A stretch of 51,588 nt of DNA from Eledone cirrhosa. Lineage: Eukaryota. The notes under the pieces were generated by a model. It searched no databases, was not told the DNA's origin, and worked only from the letters and a program-made list of their open reading frames with translations. The stretch is taken from NCBI GenBank assembly GCA_964016885.1, contig CAXHJY010000213.1, positions 1-51,588 of the forward strand. Direction: 5' to 3'. Below, one piece after another: positions 1 to 15,489 of the stretch. The translations under genes and the position numbers were made by a program. Numbering within the stretch: the stretch's first letter is position 1; every line of letters starts with the position of its first letter.

Positions 1-1
1 C

Positions 2-42
<41 letters not shown>

Positions 43-56
43 TCTCTCCCTCCCTC
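1..56. repeat. (CT)n microsatellite
   Basis: Direct reading. Confidence 0.95.
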
Positions 57-144
57 CATCGAGCCAAGTTCGGAACAACTTTATATATGACAGTATACAC
101 ACCACCCTTACTCAGTAAAGTTATGTTGGTATCACAAAAATACC

Positions 145-500
145 CTGCACACACTGTATAGTGGTCGTGTAGGAGACAAGGCAAAAAGTATCCAGCCCAC
201 AATGTAAAGTGGTCATGTAGGGGACATGGTAAAAAGGACCCAGCCCATGCTGTAAAGTGGTCGTGTAGGTGACACAGCAAAAATCACCCCGCACACACTG
301 TAAAGTGGTCGTGTAGGAGACTCAGCAAAAAGCAACCAGCCCATACTGTAAAGAGGTCACGTAAGAGACAGGGCAAAAAGCACCCACCCTATACTGTAAA
401 GAGGTCACGTTAGAGACAGGGCAAAAAGCACCCAGCCGACACTGTAAAGTGGTCACGTAGGAGACACGGCAAAAAGCACTCAGCACACACTGTGAATGTG
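145..500 (+). repeat. Tandem array of a ~40-50 bp SINE-body unit (cactgtaaagtggtcgtgtaggagacacagcaaaaagcacccagc)
   Basis: About 7-8 diverged copies. The same unit occurs once at ~10232-10300 in a SINE-like element. Confidence 0.85.
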
Positions 501-665
501 GTTGGCGTTAGGCAGGGTATCCAGCCATAGAAATCTAGCCAGAAACAGTCATATATAAGCAGGAAAGTAACCTGACTCAACTTGTCTGTAATGGGACTAA
601 ACCATCTAGCCCATGCTAGCATTGAAAATGGACGATAAATGATGATGATGATGATGATGATGATA
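500..665 (+). mobile_element. SINE 3' part with RTE-type tail ending in (TGA)n
   Basis: ggttggcgttaggcagggtatccagcc ... cccatgctagcattgaaaatggacgataaa(tga)n; homologous to 10290-10397 and 29018-29077. Confidence 0.75.
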
Positions 666-699
666 TTTGTCTTCAATGTTTAAGGTAAGATACGCTATT

Positions 700-1600
700 C
701 ACCATCTCACCATCTCACCATCACGCCACCACACCATCTCACCACCACACCATCTCACCACCATACCACCACACCATCTCACCATCCCACCACCACACTA
801 CCACACCACCACACCACCACACCATCTCACCATCTCACCACCACACCACCTCATCACCACACCACCATCTCACCATCACACCACCACACCACCACACCAT
901 CTCACCATATCGCCACCACAACACCACACCACCGCACCATTTCCCCATCACACCACCACACCACACTACACCACCACACCACCACACCATCTCACCACCA
1001 CACCATCTCACCACCACACCACCACACCACCACACTACCACACCACCACACCACCACACCATCTCACCATCTCACCACCACACCACCTCATCACCACACC
1101 ACCATCTCACCATCACACCACCACACCACCACACCATCTCACCATATCGCCACCACAACACCACACCACCGCACCATTTCCCCATCACACCACCACACCA
1201 CACTACACCACCACACCACCACACCATCTCACCACCACACCATCTCACCACCACACCACCACACCATCTCACCAACCCACCACCACACTACCACACCACC
1301 ACACCACCATACCATCTCACCATCTCACCACCACAACACCTCATCACCACACCACCATCTCACCATCACACCACCACACCATCTCACCATCTCACCACGA
1401 CAACACCACACCACCACACCATCTCCCCATCACACCACCACACCATCTCACCACCTCACCACCACACCACCACACCACCACACCATTTCCCCCATCACAC
1501 CACCACACCACCACACCATTTCCCCATCACACCACCACACCACACTACACCACCACACCATCACACCACCACACCACCACACAATTTCACCATCCCACCA
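700..1600. repeat. Degenerate CACCA/CATCT pentamer low-complexity repeat with an internal 240-bp duplication
   Basis: Direct reading; ccatatcgccaccacaac occurs at ~905 and ~1142. Confidence 0.9.
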
Positions 1601-1758
1601 TTGACAATTGACAATTCATCATTCAATTATCATCCTTATATCGTTCATTAGACAACTAAGATGTCTATACATGTCACAACACTGATGTTCATATTTGAAA
1701 CCATCATTAATAATTTCTATTGACTTGATATAATGTTTATATGTATTTTGTTTATCAA

Positions 1759-1893
1759 GTTGTTTATTGAGTTGTTTATTGAGTTGTTTATTGAGTTGTT
1801 TATTGAGTTGTTTATTCAGTTGTTTATTGAGTTGTTTATTGAGTTGTTTATTGAGTTGTTTATTGAGTTGTTTATTCAGTTGTTTATTGAGTT
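1759..1893. repeat. 12-bp minisatellite (GTTGTTTATTGA)n
   Basis: About 11 near-perfect copies. Confidence 0.95.
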
Positions 1894-2184
1894 CTTTTGC
1901 AAGTAGCTTTTATGCATAGTAAATAATGAATTGAATAGTTTACATTGAATTGACATGAAACTCAAAATACTTCACTGTTTCTTCCAGCTCATTACATTCT
2001 CAGCTCATTTTTTTCCTACCTGATCAACTTTGTTTTTTTATTTTTCGTCCCTTTCATCCTCTAATACTGGAATTGATTCTGCCTGCAATGTTAACTTTGG
2101 TTTTCATCACTTCAAAGATGATAAATAAAGTACCAGTCCAGTACTGGAGTCAATTCTTCCTCCAATATCAACCTTCACTTTCAT

Positions 2185-2705
2185 CCCTTCGATGTCAACA
2201 AAATACCAGGCCAATACTGACGTCAATTCTTCCTTCGATGTCAACAAAATACCAGGCTAATACTGACGTCAATTCTTCCTTCGATGTCAACAAAATACCA
2301 GGCCAATACTGACGTCAATTCTTCCTTCGATGTCAACAAAATACCAGGCTAATACTGACGTCAATTCTTCCTTCGATGTCAACAAAATACCAGGCTAATA
2401 CTGACGTCAATTCTTCCTTCGATGTCAACAAAATACCAGGCTAATACTGACGTCAATTCTTCCTTCGATGTCAACAAAATACCAGGCTAATACTGACGTC
2501 AATTCTTCCTTCGATGTCAACAAAATACCAGGCCAATACTGACGTCAATTCTTCCTTCGATGTCAACAAAATACCAGGCTAGTACTGACGTCAATTCTTC
2601 CTTCGATGTCAACAAAATACCAGGCCAATACTGACGTCAATTCTTCCTCCGATGTCAACAAAATACCAGGCCAATACTGACGTCAATTCTTCCTTCGAGG
2701 TCAAC
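2185..2705 (+). repeat. 46-bp minisatellite (ttccttcgatgtcaacaaaataccaggctaatactgacgtcaattc)n
   Basis: About 11 near-perfect copies with period 46; flanked by SINE-core-like sequence (ataaataaagtaccagt; gtcgataaataaagta). Confidence 0.95.
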
Positions 2706-3312
2706 TTTGTCTTTCCAGGTCGATAAATAAAGTAATTTTTCTTCTCTCTGTATCTCCTTCTCTGGAGGAATTTCATCTAATCTGTGTTCCAACCCATAGA
2801 GGGATGGGCTCCAGCAGGTTTAAAATGCCCAAGACATGGCATATGTCAGGAGTTACTCTATCAGGAGTTATTAGCCCTTTATCATTATCTATTTTAATTA
2901 TAAATCTAACTTTATAAACAGAGCACAATTTAATACTAATATTTATGTATTTTATAAAGGCATTTTCTTTGGTTTTATTTATTTTTGTTTTTGTTTTTAT
3001 TTTTATTTTTATTTTTACTATTTAATGAGAGGGAAGGTCAGTGTTGATGGCCATTTTTAATGGCTCTAAGAGTGGAAGGAAGTTATCCTCAAGCTGGACA
3101 CCTGGCCCAAATATTTGCAACACAGTATGTATGGTCTCATAACTCCTAAGGGAGTTGTAGAGAGACTGTATTGATATACAGTGTTTCTAGGGCATTTAAA
3201 AAAAAAGACCTGGTGGAGTCCATCTCCTCTCCAGGTCTGAATATAGCAGATTTTCTTCCAGAGAAGAATAGGGAGAGTGAGAGAAAGGAAGTGAGAAAGA
3301 AATATAGAGGAA

Positions 3313-3464
3313 GAATCGACCCCAGTACTAGACTGGTACTTTTTTTATCGAATGGATGAAAGGCAAAGTTGACCTCGGCGGGATTTAAATTCAGGGGGCA
3401 GAAAGCCAAAACAAATACTGCAATTCTTTCTGTCTGACATGCTAATGACTCTGCCAATTTGGCA
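3313..3464 (-). mobile_element. SINE, family with core ccgaggtcaactttgcctttcatcc...ataaagtaccagt
   Basis: Reverse complement of the copies at 5363-5545 and 35262-35680. Confidence 0.8.
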
Positions 3465-3540
3465 CCTACTTGCAGCACTGCAGACTCTGCTAAAGCTACC
3501 CAAGACCCAGAATATTTTGTATTGGTGTATAAAGTATAAT

Positions 3541-3544
3541 ATCG

Positions 3545-3575
<31 letters not shown>

Positions 3576-4313
3576 TTTACGTCCACTTTTCCCTGCTTGC
3601 AAGGGTTGGACGGGTCCTATTCAGCACAGCATCTCTCCACCCGTCACGGTCCTTCGTCATCTTCTTCGTGAGTTTCAGTGATCTGAGGTCTGCTCTTACC
3701 ACCTCCACCCATGTTTTTCGTGGTCTACCTCTACTGCATCTTCCCTCCACTGGGACTTCCTGGCACTTCTTTACCCATCGGTCATCATCCATGCGCATCA
3801 CATGTCCATACCATCTCAGCCTTCTCTCCTGCACACCACAACTTATCCCTCTTATACCCAGTTTCTTTCTCAACATTGACATTGCACATCCAACGGAGCA
3901 TACTTGCTTCATTTCTCTCCAGCCGTCGCATATCTTCTGCAGTTGCTGCCCATGTCTCACTACCATGCAGCATCGCACATCTCACACAGGCATCATATAA
4001 CCGTCCTTTCGTATGCAGGGAGAAACCCTTCTTTGTCAACAGAGGAAGCAGCTCCCTAAACTTCTTCCAACCCGTCCTTATTCTTGATAGTATGGCCTTG
4101 GAACACCCCGCCTCCCATGCTAATCTGATCACCTAGGTACCGGAGGCTATCAACCACTTCTATAGAACCCACCTGCATTGGAAAAATGAGTCTATCACTG
4201 CGATTACTACTGCCAACTTTCCCTGTACATCTACTGCATACGTAGTTTTTCCTACCTGTTAATTTGAATACTATCCCACTACATCTCTTGTGTACCCATA
4301 ATCTGAATTGCGT
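3541..4313 (-). mobile_element. 5'-truncated RTE-clade LINE (RT C-terminal region) with (TGA)n tail
   Basis: ORF remnants GWKKFRELLPLL, MLHGSETWA, RRLRWYGHVMRM, GRPRKTW; same family as 25373-26266. Confidence 0.92.
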
Positions 4314-4369
4314 ATGTATTTCATATGTGATTGAATGATTAAGATATTTGAACTTTCAACAACATTAAC

Positions 4370-4705
4370 GCTGAGTACCAAAATATAGGAGTTCACCATC
4401 TATGTTGACACCATTATTCTCTGAGTTGACTTTCTTGATGATGGCATCTTGTAAACAAGATGTAAACATTCCCTGTTTCGCTCTTCTTTCTAACTTGATC
4501 TTGTTGGTGTAATCTCAGAGTAAAACTCCTTTTGTAAAACTCATTGTAAAACTCCTTTTGTAGTGTGATTGAAGCAGGGTCCACTCCTTGGTTCTCTAGT
4601 AATGTGAATAGTAGGGTGAACTTAATGGAGTCAAATGCCTTTTCCTAGTTGATGAAGACAAAGCAGAAAGGGAAGTCGTATTCATTTACCTTCTCTTGTA
4701 GTTAA
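4370..4705 (-). pseudogene. Degenerate RTE-type reverse transcriptase fragment (different family)
   Basis: Manual translation LQEKVNEYDFPFCFVFIN*EKAFDSI ... KIKLERRAKQG ... GVNIDGE matches the RTE RT FIDYEKAFDS region. Confidence 0.75.
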
Positions 4706-5001
4706 CTAACATCGGGTGCCCTTGGCTGTAGTACCACCTCCCTACTCATCACCATCAGCACAGAGTTGGCTACCCGCAGGTGTGAGCCTCACACGGTAAA
4801 ATGGCTCTTCCAGTGCGTCTCCCTCCCCATCATCCAGTGAAACACCTTCTCTATTCTGGGGCCATGGGGCAGCCAACGCATGCACTCCCATTTGCTCATA
4901 TTAAAGATGAGGAGAGGCGGAGGCAGTGACAGTGGGTGTTTGGTTCCGTTGTGTCTGGATCTGGTGTATGTTTTACAGACATACACTCACACTGAGACAA
5001 T

Positions 5002-5232
5002 TTAACTCTTTAGCATATTTAAACCAGCTATATTTGGCCAGAATTCTCTCATCTTTTTCTGTTCAAACTGGCTATAACCAGCCACTCATACTGATGATAA
5101 GGTATTCTTCTCAAAATAAATAATATCAAAATCTCATAGATTCTATATTATGTGAGATAATTATGTGAGATAACGACTTTACTATGAAAACACAATAGTA
5201 TATACAGAGTAATGTAAATTGTAAAGGGTTAA
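5002..5232. mobile_element. TTAA-flanked MITE (piggyBac-like), copy 1
   Basis: Ends ttaactctttagcat / gtaaagggttaa; reverse-complement homolog of 28226-28453. Confidence 0.75.
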
Positions 5233-5362
5233 TTTGATATGTATACATTTATTCGATAACTACCTTGATGTGGTCTAATATATAGGTTATTGGTGTATAA
5301 AATATAATATATAATTCATACGAGATCATTGTATGATTAGATTTGGTTATTGATTATTGAAA

Positions 5363-5545
5363 GGGCGGTGATTTGGCATTATCGGTTGGACGCGATGTTT
5401 TCTAGCATAGCTACGTCCCTTTACAGTCTGAGGACAAATCCCGCCGAGGTTAACTTTGCCTTTCATCCTTACGGGGTCGATAAAATAAAGTACCAGTAAT
5501 GTACTGGCTAATTGCTGGCCTTGTGCCTAAAGTAGAAACAGTTAT
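5363..5545 (+). mobile_element. SINE
   Basis: aaatcccgccgaggttaactttgcctttcatccttacggggtcgataaaataaagtaccagt core, repeated elsewhere in the window. Confidence 0.85.
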
Positions 5546-5809
5546 TGATTATTGAACGACTAAGATATGTTACCAATGTATAAAGTATAATATGTATTTT
5601 ATATATCATTGAAAGAACTTAGAATATATATTATGACTTAGAATATATATTATCAATTTATAAAGTATATAATTGATACAAGATCATTGAATGATGAAGT
5701 TATTTGAACTTGCAATAACATTGATACTCAATATGAAATAAGCATTAATTATTTGAACGACATGTAAATAACATTTCTGTTTCTCTGTGTCCTTTGGTTA
5801 TGTGAAGAA

Positions 5810-6105
5810 ACATGGCTTAATGGGGGTTAATGTATGTGGCTTGTAATCATAAGGTCATGAGTTCGATTCCTGCCGGTGTGTTGTGTCCTTGAACAAGGCA
5901 CTTTACTTCATGTTATTCCAGTCCATTCAGCTGGCAAAAGGTATGTTCTTCCTGTTATGCAAAGGACCAGCCTTGTCACAAACTGTGTCATGCTGAATCT
6001 TCCTGAGAACTACATTGACTCTGCATGAATCTGAGGAATGCTAAGGCACTTGCACATTAATTTCATGATCAGACGGTTGAGTTGTGGCAGCACTCATTGC
6101 TGGAA
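5810..6105 (+). mobile_element. tRNA-derived SINE (second family)
   Basis: A-box-like tggcttaatgg, B-box gagttcgattcc, followed by gtgtccttgaacaaggcactttac; homologous to 10065-10205. Confidence 0.75.
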
Positions 6106-6151
6106 AATAAATCATTAAACATATTTGCCATGTAGCAGCATTATGGAAATA

Positions 6152-6633
6152 CTAGCAGAAAAGCAACCCTTCGGGTGGTTTTCTGCTAGCATATGTAGTG
6201 TGCATGTTGATATTATACGCAAGTATATATGCATGTAGATATGATACATGAAATAAAATCGTAATTGACAATATACACAGAAATTGAACGAAGACTGTGT
6301 TACACTATCTTATGTAATCAGTAACGTAATCCATGATTCATTAAAAAAGACGATATTATATATAAACTGCATTAGGAGAAAATTAGTGATGGAAATATAT
6401 GAATGTTTATTTAAGCAATCACTAACCGGAAGTGTTGACATTCGAAAATGTTAAAGAAGTGAATCTTAAAATAAGCAATAAAATATATTTAATCAAGAGC
6501 CACGAAATTTAGTAGATAAATTATGTAATATTCATTCATTATTTATTCAAAGTAATCCAACTTATTTTACTTATGGGATAAGAAATTATAAACCATACGC
6601 AGTCGCACACTCCTTACTTTATTATACTTTAGA
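6152..6633 (-). mobile_element. Non-autonomous Helitron, copy 1
   Basis: On the minus strand it starts A|TC and ends CTAG|T, with a terminal hairpin (6152-6189); second copy at 23857-24473. Confidence 0.8.
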
Positions 6634-6799
6634 TTCAGAATGGTGGAGAGACATGTCACATGATTTGGCATGTGTGAGTGTGGACTGTGGAGAGGAAAAT
6701 GCAGGTTTAGTAATTATTAAATGTAGTCCGAGAAAGCAGTGTCAAAAACTAGGTTTGTCAGCTTGCCAAGTTGAAATTATTTTAATTGGGAGAATGGGG

Positions 6800-7200
6800 T
6801 GTAAATTGTAGGGCTAACTTAGAGAGCTAAATACCCAGGTATACAGGTATACATTGTAGAGCTAATCTAGGGCCTTAAATATCCAGGCCCACATTGTATG
6901 ACTAAGTTAGGGTTCTAAATACCCAGGCACATATTGTAGGGCTTCTCTAGGACACTAAATTCACAGGCATACACTGTAAGGCCTTCGGTGCTAAATAACC
7001 AGGTACATATTGTAGGGCTTCTCTAGGGTACTAAATACACAGGCATACACTGTAAGGCTTTTGGTGCTAAATAACCAGGTACATATTGTAGGGATAGTCA
7101 AGGGCACTAAATACCAAGGCACACATTGTAGGGCTAGTCGTGGGTGCTAGATATCCAGGCACATATTGTAGGGCTAGCCATGAGTGCTAAATACCCAGGT
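6800..7200 (+). repeat. Degenerate ~35-40 bp minisatellite (acacattgtagggctag...ctaaatacccaggc)
   Basis: About 10 diverged copies. Confidence 0.85.
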
Positions 7201-7459
7201 GTCTAGCTTGCATACACTCCACCTTTAACTGTGTTAGAAACACAGAGTGAGTCAGCACTAGAGGACAAGAGGGTATGTAAACGAAGACCAAATGTTATTA
7301 AAACTGTATTTTCTGGTGGGAAAATAACTGGATTTAAATTATTAAACCCTGGGTAAACAGAATGCAATTACACAGTCTTAGTGTCACAACTGTTCATAGT
7401 ATTGGAAAATATGCGTAATCTACAAATGTATATATATATTATATATATTATGTCTATAT

Positions 7460-10064
<2,605 letters not shown>

Positions 10065-10397
10065 CGCACATAGCTTAGTGGTTAGAGCATTGGCCTTGCA
10101 ATCGAAAGGTTGTGAGTTCAATTCTCAGACCGGGTGATGTGTTGTTTCCTTTTGCAAGACACTTTATTTCACATTGCTCCAGTTTACTCAGATGTAGAAA
10201 TGAGATGATAGGACTGGGGTCCCTATCATTCCGCAGTAAAGTGGACGTGTAGGCGCCACGGAAAAAAAGCAACCAGCAATCACTGTAAATGAGGTTGGTG
10301 TTAGGAAGGGCATCCAGCTGTAGAGATCAAGCCAGCATCAGTTCCCGTCCCACCCTTGCAAGCAGGGAAAAAGCGGACGTAAAATGAAATGATGCTG
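10065..10397 (+). mobile_element. tRNA-derived SINE head joined to SINE body with RTE LINE tail
   Basis: tagcttagtggttagagc / gagttcaattctc boxes; the tail cccgtcccacccttgcaagcagggaaaaagcggacgtaaaatga matches the LINE 3' end at 26196-26240. Confidence 0.8.
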
Positions 10398-10617
10398 ATA
10401 TATTTTATATATATATATTATATATATATATATAAATGAAAGGTATAGAAAACATTGTAGCGAAAAGCCAACAGTATTCCATAATATAAATAATATATAT
10501 CTATATATAATATATATATATAAATAATATATATATATATATAATATATATATATAAATAATATATATATATATGAATATAAATATATATATATATATAT
10601 TATAAATATGAATATAA

Positions 10618-10662
<45 letters not shown>

Positions 10663-10670
10663 TATTATAC

Positions 10671-10718
<48 letters not shown>

Positions 10719-11272
10719 TGAATATATATATATATATATAATTACATAAATATATATATATATAAAGAGAGAGAAAGAGAGAGAAAGAGAGAGAGGAGGG
10801 GAGAGCGGGAGAGAGGGAGAGAGAGAGAGCGAGAGAGAGAGAGAGAGAACCATAGAATGTCTGAAGTATATAATTCTATACACAAATTCAGTTGAAACTT
10901 GATTGTTTACTTAGAATAGAAAGACAAAATGTACACAACATTGGTTAAACAACTCAATAAAATATGGAAATACAATAATATATGTGTATATAAATATATA
11001 TATATATACATATATATATATACGTACATACATATATATATATATATATACTTATATATAGATATATATACATACATATATATATATATATTATGGAATA
11101 CTGTTTGCTTTTTGCTACAATGTTTTCTATACCTTTCATTTATATATGTATATATATATATATATATATAAAAATATATATGTATATATATATATATGTG
11201 CATATATATATATATATATATATATGCACATACATATATATATATACATATATATTTTTATTTTATAGAAGG

Positions 11273-11323
11273 AGCTTCTACAGGACTAGTACTGTTTCAT
11301 TCAGATGAAATCTTCAGGAAGCT
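11273..11323 (-). ncRNA. Type I hammerhead ribozyme
   Basis: AGCUUC-CUGAAGA-uUUCaucuGAAu-GAAACAG-uacuaguc-CUGUA-GAAGCU: complete core, 6-bp stem I, 4-bp stem III, GUA site. Confidence 0.85.
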
Positions 11324-11602
11324 GGGTGTCATATTAAGTTCTGGTATTTATACATTTAGGTAGTGGTAAGGGAGGGGTGGTGGCTGGGGGAGGGGGATTT
11401 TGGGGGGTAGGATGGTATTTAGATACACAAGACCACAACATGGCACAGGCCGTTTTTTCTTTGGGGAGTGGTCAATTAGCCAGAGTGCTTTTTTGAAATA
11501 GATAAATAAGTAAATAAATAAATAAATGAATAAATAGATAAATGAATAAAGAAATAAAGAAAATAAATAAAAAAATAAATAAATAAAAACCCCAAGAATA
11601 GT

Positions 11603-11638
<36 letters not shown>

Positions 11639-11802
11639 CTACATGTATGTATGTCTCTCGGTATAAACTATACTATACATACACATACATACATATGCAC
11701 ACACATACATACACATACATACACACACACACACACACAAACACATACATTCACACATATATACATATATACATATACACACATACACACATATATAATC
11801 TC

Positions 11803-11943
<141 letters not shown>

Positions 11944-12699
11944 TACACATATACAAGCACACACGCATACATACACATACATACATACAAATAAGTACAC
12001 ATAAACGCATATGCACAAACACGCATTCGTTCGCACTCATACATGTGTCTATAATATAATGGTAGTGGGACAATTTTAAATTTTAAATTTTAAATTTTAA
12101 ACTGGGCCTGATAGAGGATTAAAATAATTAATATCACTACTAAGTTATTAATATTATCATCAAGTAATTAATTACTATTTATTATTTACTATTTAGCATT
12201 CACTATTCGTTACCTATCTTTTATCTTTTATCTATTCATTACCTAATCATTCACTCATAAATTAATAAATAAATGAATGAGTTAACTAACAAACAAACAA
12301 ACAAACAGATAAACAAATAAACCAGTGAATAAGTAAATAAATAAATAAATAAATAAATAGATAAATAAATAAATAAGTAAATAAAGTAACTAAATAAATT
12401 AATAAATAAATAAATAAATGAATAAATAAATATACAGATAAATAGATAAATAAATCACGAACGTGTGCGTGCAGCAGTTCATAACTGCTCGTATGCAAAC
12501 ATGAGCAGGTATATACGTGAATTTGTGTGTGCAGCCACGGAACTTTACTCAGAGGCATACAACGCAATATATAAGACCTGGAGGGGAGGAAAGAAGGTAA
12601 TAATGAGAGATAGAGGGGAGGAAAGAGGGTAATAATGAGAGATGGAGGGACGGAAATGGGATGGGGGGCGGGGGTGGGATGGTGATATGGGGGGGGGGG

Positions 12700-13128
12700 T
12701 CTGTAGTTTTTGTAATTTGCATAGTTCTTGTGCATGCAATTAGAGGAGTGTTCCGAGATCTTGTTGAGGAGAGGGCCTTTGGCGAATAGAATCTCATAGC
12801 TCTCGGAGATACAGAGGTCACAGCAATTATGGCCTCCCGTGTAGGATCGCGCTCTCTGGAGTAGTCTCCATTTGGTCTTGAAGGGGATGGAGTTCCTTTT
12901 AAGGTGCCAGATGTGGGCGGCGAGTGTAGTTTGGTTAGATTTGTCTGGGCGCCGGAACGAATGTGTGTGGGCGTACCAGCGAGTCTTAAAACTGTTAGAA
13001 GTCATCCCGATGTACAAGTTTCTATTTTCATCGGGGCCTGAGAGTACATCGCATGTATACACGAGATCTTGTTTTAGACAGTTGTTGTTGAGAGGGCAGG
13101 TCGTCTTATCAGGGCAATGGGACCTACG

Positions 13129-13130
<2 letters not shown>
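12700..13130 (-). pseudogene. GIY-YIG endonuclease domain of a PLE (truncated)
   Basis: CPLNNNCL..LVYTC..LYIGMT..FKTRW..H..SF..TTLAAHIWHLK..CDLCISE..LLNK..CMH. Confidence 0.85.
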
Positions 13131-13191
<61 letters not shown>

Positions 13192-13221
13192 AGATCAAAA
13201 GATGGTTAAAGGAGTTCCATG

Positions 13222-13292
13222 TATTTTATTATGCGCATTTCAAAAACAAACATCATCATGCAATAATATTTGTGTTTTCATCAGATAAAACA
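13222..13292 (-). ncRNA. Type I hammerhead ribozyme (mirror copy)
   Basis: Reverse complement of 13421-13491. Confidence 0.8.
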
Positions 13293-13420
13293 GGAGAACA
13301 TGATATGAAGGCTAAAAAACACTTGTGGATAGTGCAGTTTTAAATCAACATATCAATATATATGTTGATTTAAAACTGCACTATCCACAAGTGTTTTTTA
13401 GCCTTCATATCATGTTCTCC

Positions 13421-13491
13421 TGTTTTATCTGATGAAAACACAAATATTATTGCATGATGATGTTTGTTTTTGAAATGCGCATAATAAAATA
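13421..13491 (+). ncRNA. Type I hammerhead ribozyme
   Basis: UUUUAU-CUGAUGA-long stem II-GAAA-UGCGCA-UA-AUAAAA; palindromic stem III; predicted cleavage after 13483. Confidence 0.85.
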
Positions 13492-13615
13492 CATGGAACT
13501 CCTTTAACCATCTTTTGATCTTATATTATGTATACTCCAGTCCTACAAACTGTAGAGTGCTTCTTATCCGATATCTGCATTGCTTTATTGTACTACAATA
13601 AAACTCACCTCCTAC

Positions 13616-13685
<70 letters not shown>

Positions 13686-15060
13686 CGAGTTTATAAATAT
13701 GACAACACACGCTGTCTTTTCGTGGGGTATGTTTTTAATTAATTTTTGGTCACTGGACTCGGGAATGTCACGACAGAAGTTTGTGGAAGTTACACAAATA
13801 TTTTAGTGTATTTTACCAGAGCAATCCTTATAGGATAGATAGATGATTAAGTAATTAATTTATTATTAAAGGGACTATATATTCTATATGCTGAGTACAA
13901 TGAATTATGTACAGGTGATATATGAGTTAGGAGTTTCTGTATTGCTTGATGGCCAGATTAGTGTCTTTCTATGAGAGAATTGATCTCAGGACCACCCTGG
14001 TGATATTTAAATTTGCCAAGGTTTCAGACATACAATGACCCAGAGCTTACCGGGAGTCATATATAGTAATAATACCCTGCCAGGTTCTGCGGGTGGACTA
14101 CACTTACAAATATCATTGATTTGGAGGTCTGACCCTTCTTATAGATTGTTCAGGTGTGGCACTCCATAATAGAAAGTAATCATCCTGATATGAACACCTT
14201 TAGTACTTCTTAATAGACTACACTGTAATTTATAGATAAGTAACCTAATTTAGAAATTGGTTATAACCTCATATGATAGGGACTCATTTGAAGCACCATT
14301 AATGTAATTTAGGATAATAAATTTAACTATGAAAATCAGCTAGTTACCTCCCCTTACGCATTAACTCCCCTTACGCATTAACTCCCCTTAGTCACACACA
14401 CTCTTCCGGAATATAATACAATGTCATCTCACACAACTAAAACAACCTGATCTATTAATCAAATTAAGAAACGATAAGATATGGTTTATAACTTGGTTCC
14501 CCAGACACCCAATGCTGAATCATCGTGGATTGTGTGATAGACCTGTAGTCTATATATTGCTTTTCATGGATTGTGTGAGTGGTGGTGTGTGCGAAGACAG
14601 TGGTGCTGTTTTGCCTCTTTTATAATATGTTTTATAATATGTTTGATATTTTTGATATTTTTGGTGTTTCTCTACATTCGGGATTGTATATCGTACAGGT
14701 GTATGCGAAAAAATGTTTTAACAATACGGCCCACATGATACTATTGATTGCCTGCTTTAACTGCCTGATTCTACAAGTAACAATCTGCCGCACTCTAATC
14801 CTGTATAAATAAGACACGCGTGCATGCCACACGTGAGATTGTTTCATACACTGACTACTCTAAACTTTCCTCTTGCTTTATCTTCATAAACTGCCAATGT
14901 TTTATTTTAATTTTTATTTTAATTTTAATCCTTTAACCTTTATATGTAAATTGCCATCATTATGATGGATGTCAACCCACTTTGGGTCAATATATGCATA
15001 TGTTTTTATATGTCTCTTGTGTTGAAAAGGAGGTCAAGTATGTTATAGATCACTAAATAG

Positions 15061-15109
15061 TTGCTTCGAAGAATCCAAACCTCGGTTTGGAGGAAACAAT
15101 TGTAAGCAA
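15061..15109 (+). ncRNA. Hammerhead ribozyme with variant core (UCGAAGA)
   Basis: UUGCU-ucgaaga-aUCCAAACCucGGUUUGGAg-GAAAC-AAUU-GUA-AGCAA. Confidence 0.65.
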
Positions 15110-15489
15110 ATAAATGATTTAAACTGAACTTTGATTATTGTTATCTCTCTCTCTATATATATATATGTATTTATATGCGTGTATATACTCAGTCAAACGA
15201 TTAGATTTCAACCCATATATCTACAACAACAACACCGGCACTAATGTTTACAGCAACAACAGCTTCAGAATGAATTGAAATGAACATTTACAACAACAAC
15301 AACAGCGGCATCAAACGATAAAAAAATAAAATCACAAACAAACAAAAACACTCAAAAAAACAAAACACACACACACACGCACACAACACAACAACAACAT
15401 CAACTGCCACCACCACCACCACCGCCACCACCGCCGATATCACCATCACCAGCGACCGAGCCTTAAGAAAACAACTTTAATAATAATAA

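Larger units (their letters stand above)
13184..13529. repeat. Perfect inverted repeat, 170-bp arms, 6-bp spacer (inverted PLE pLTR pair)
   Basis: 13184-13353 is the reverse complement of 13360-13529; the right arm continues to 13619, then (TA)n. Confidence 0.92.

Noticed and set aside
667-1611. 314-aa His/Thr/Pro-rich ORF
   Set aside because: Product of a pentamer-based repeat that lacks stops by composition; units are not codon-phased.
2185-2705. CRISPR-like regular array
   Set aside because: Head-to-tail identical units with no unique spacers, no cas genes and a eukaryotic context.
5091-5125. CTGATGA as a hammerhead core
   Set aside because: No matching GAAA or stems, and it is not conserved in the second MITE copy.
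6639-6704. Possible short exon (cag|...gcag|gtttag)
   Set aside because: Weak donor, no recognisable product, and the acceptor abuts a Helitron end.
10065-10140. tRNA gene (also 5810-5875)
   Set aside because: A/B boxes are present but no intact cloverleaf is evident, and the sequence continues into a SINE body.
13680-14400. Possible highly decayed PLE endonuclease on the minus strand (CMSETLA-like)
   Set aside because: Too many stops and frameshifts to support by eye.
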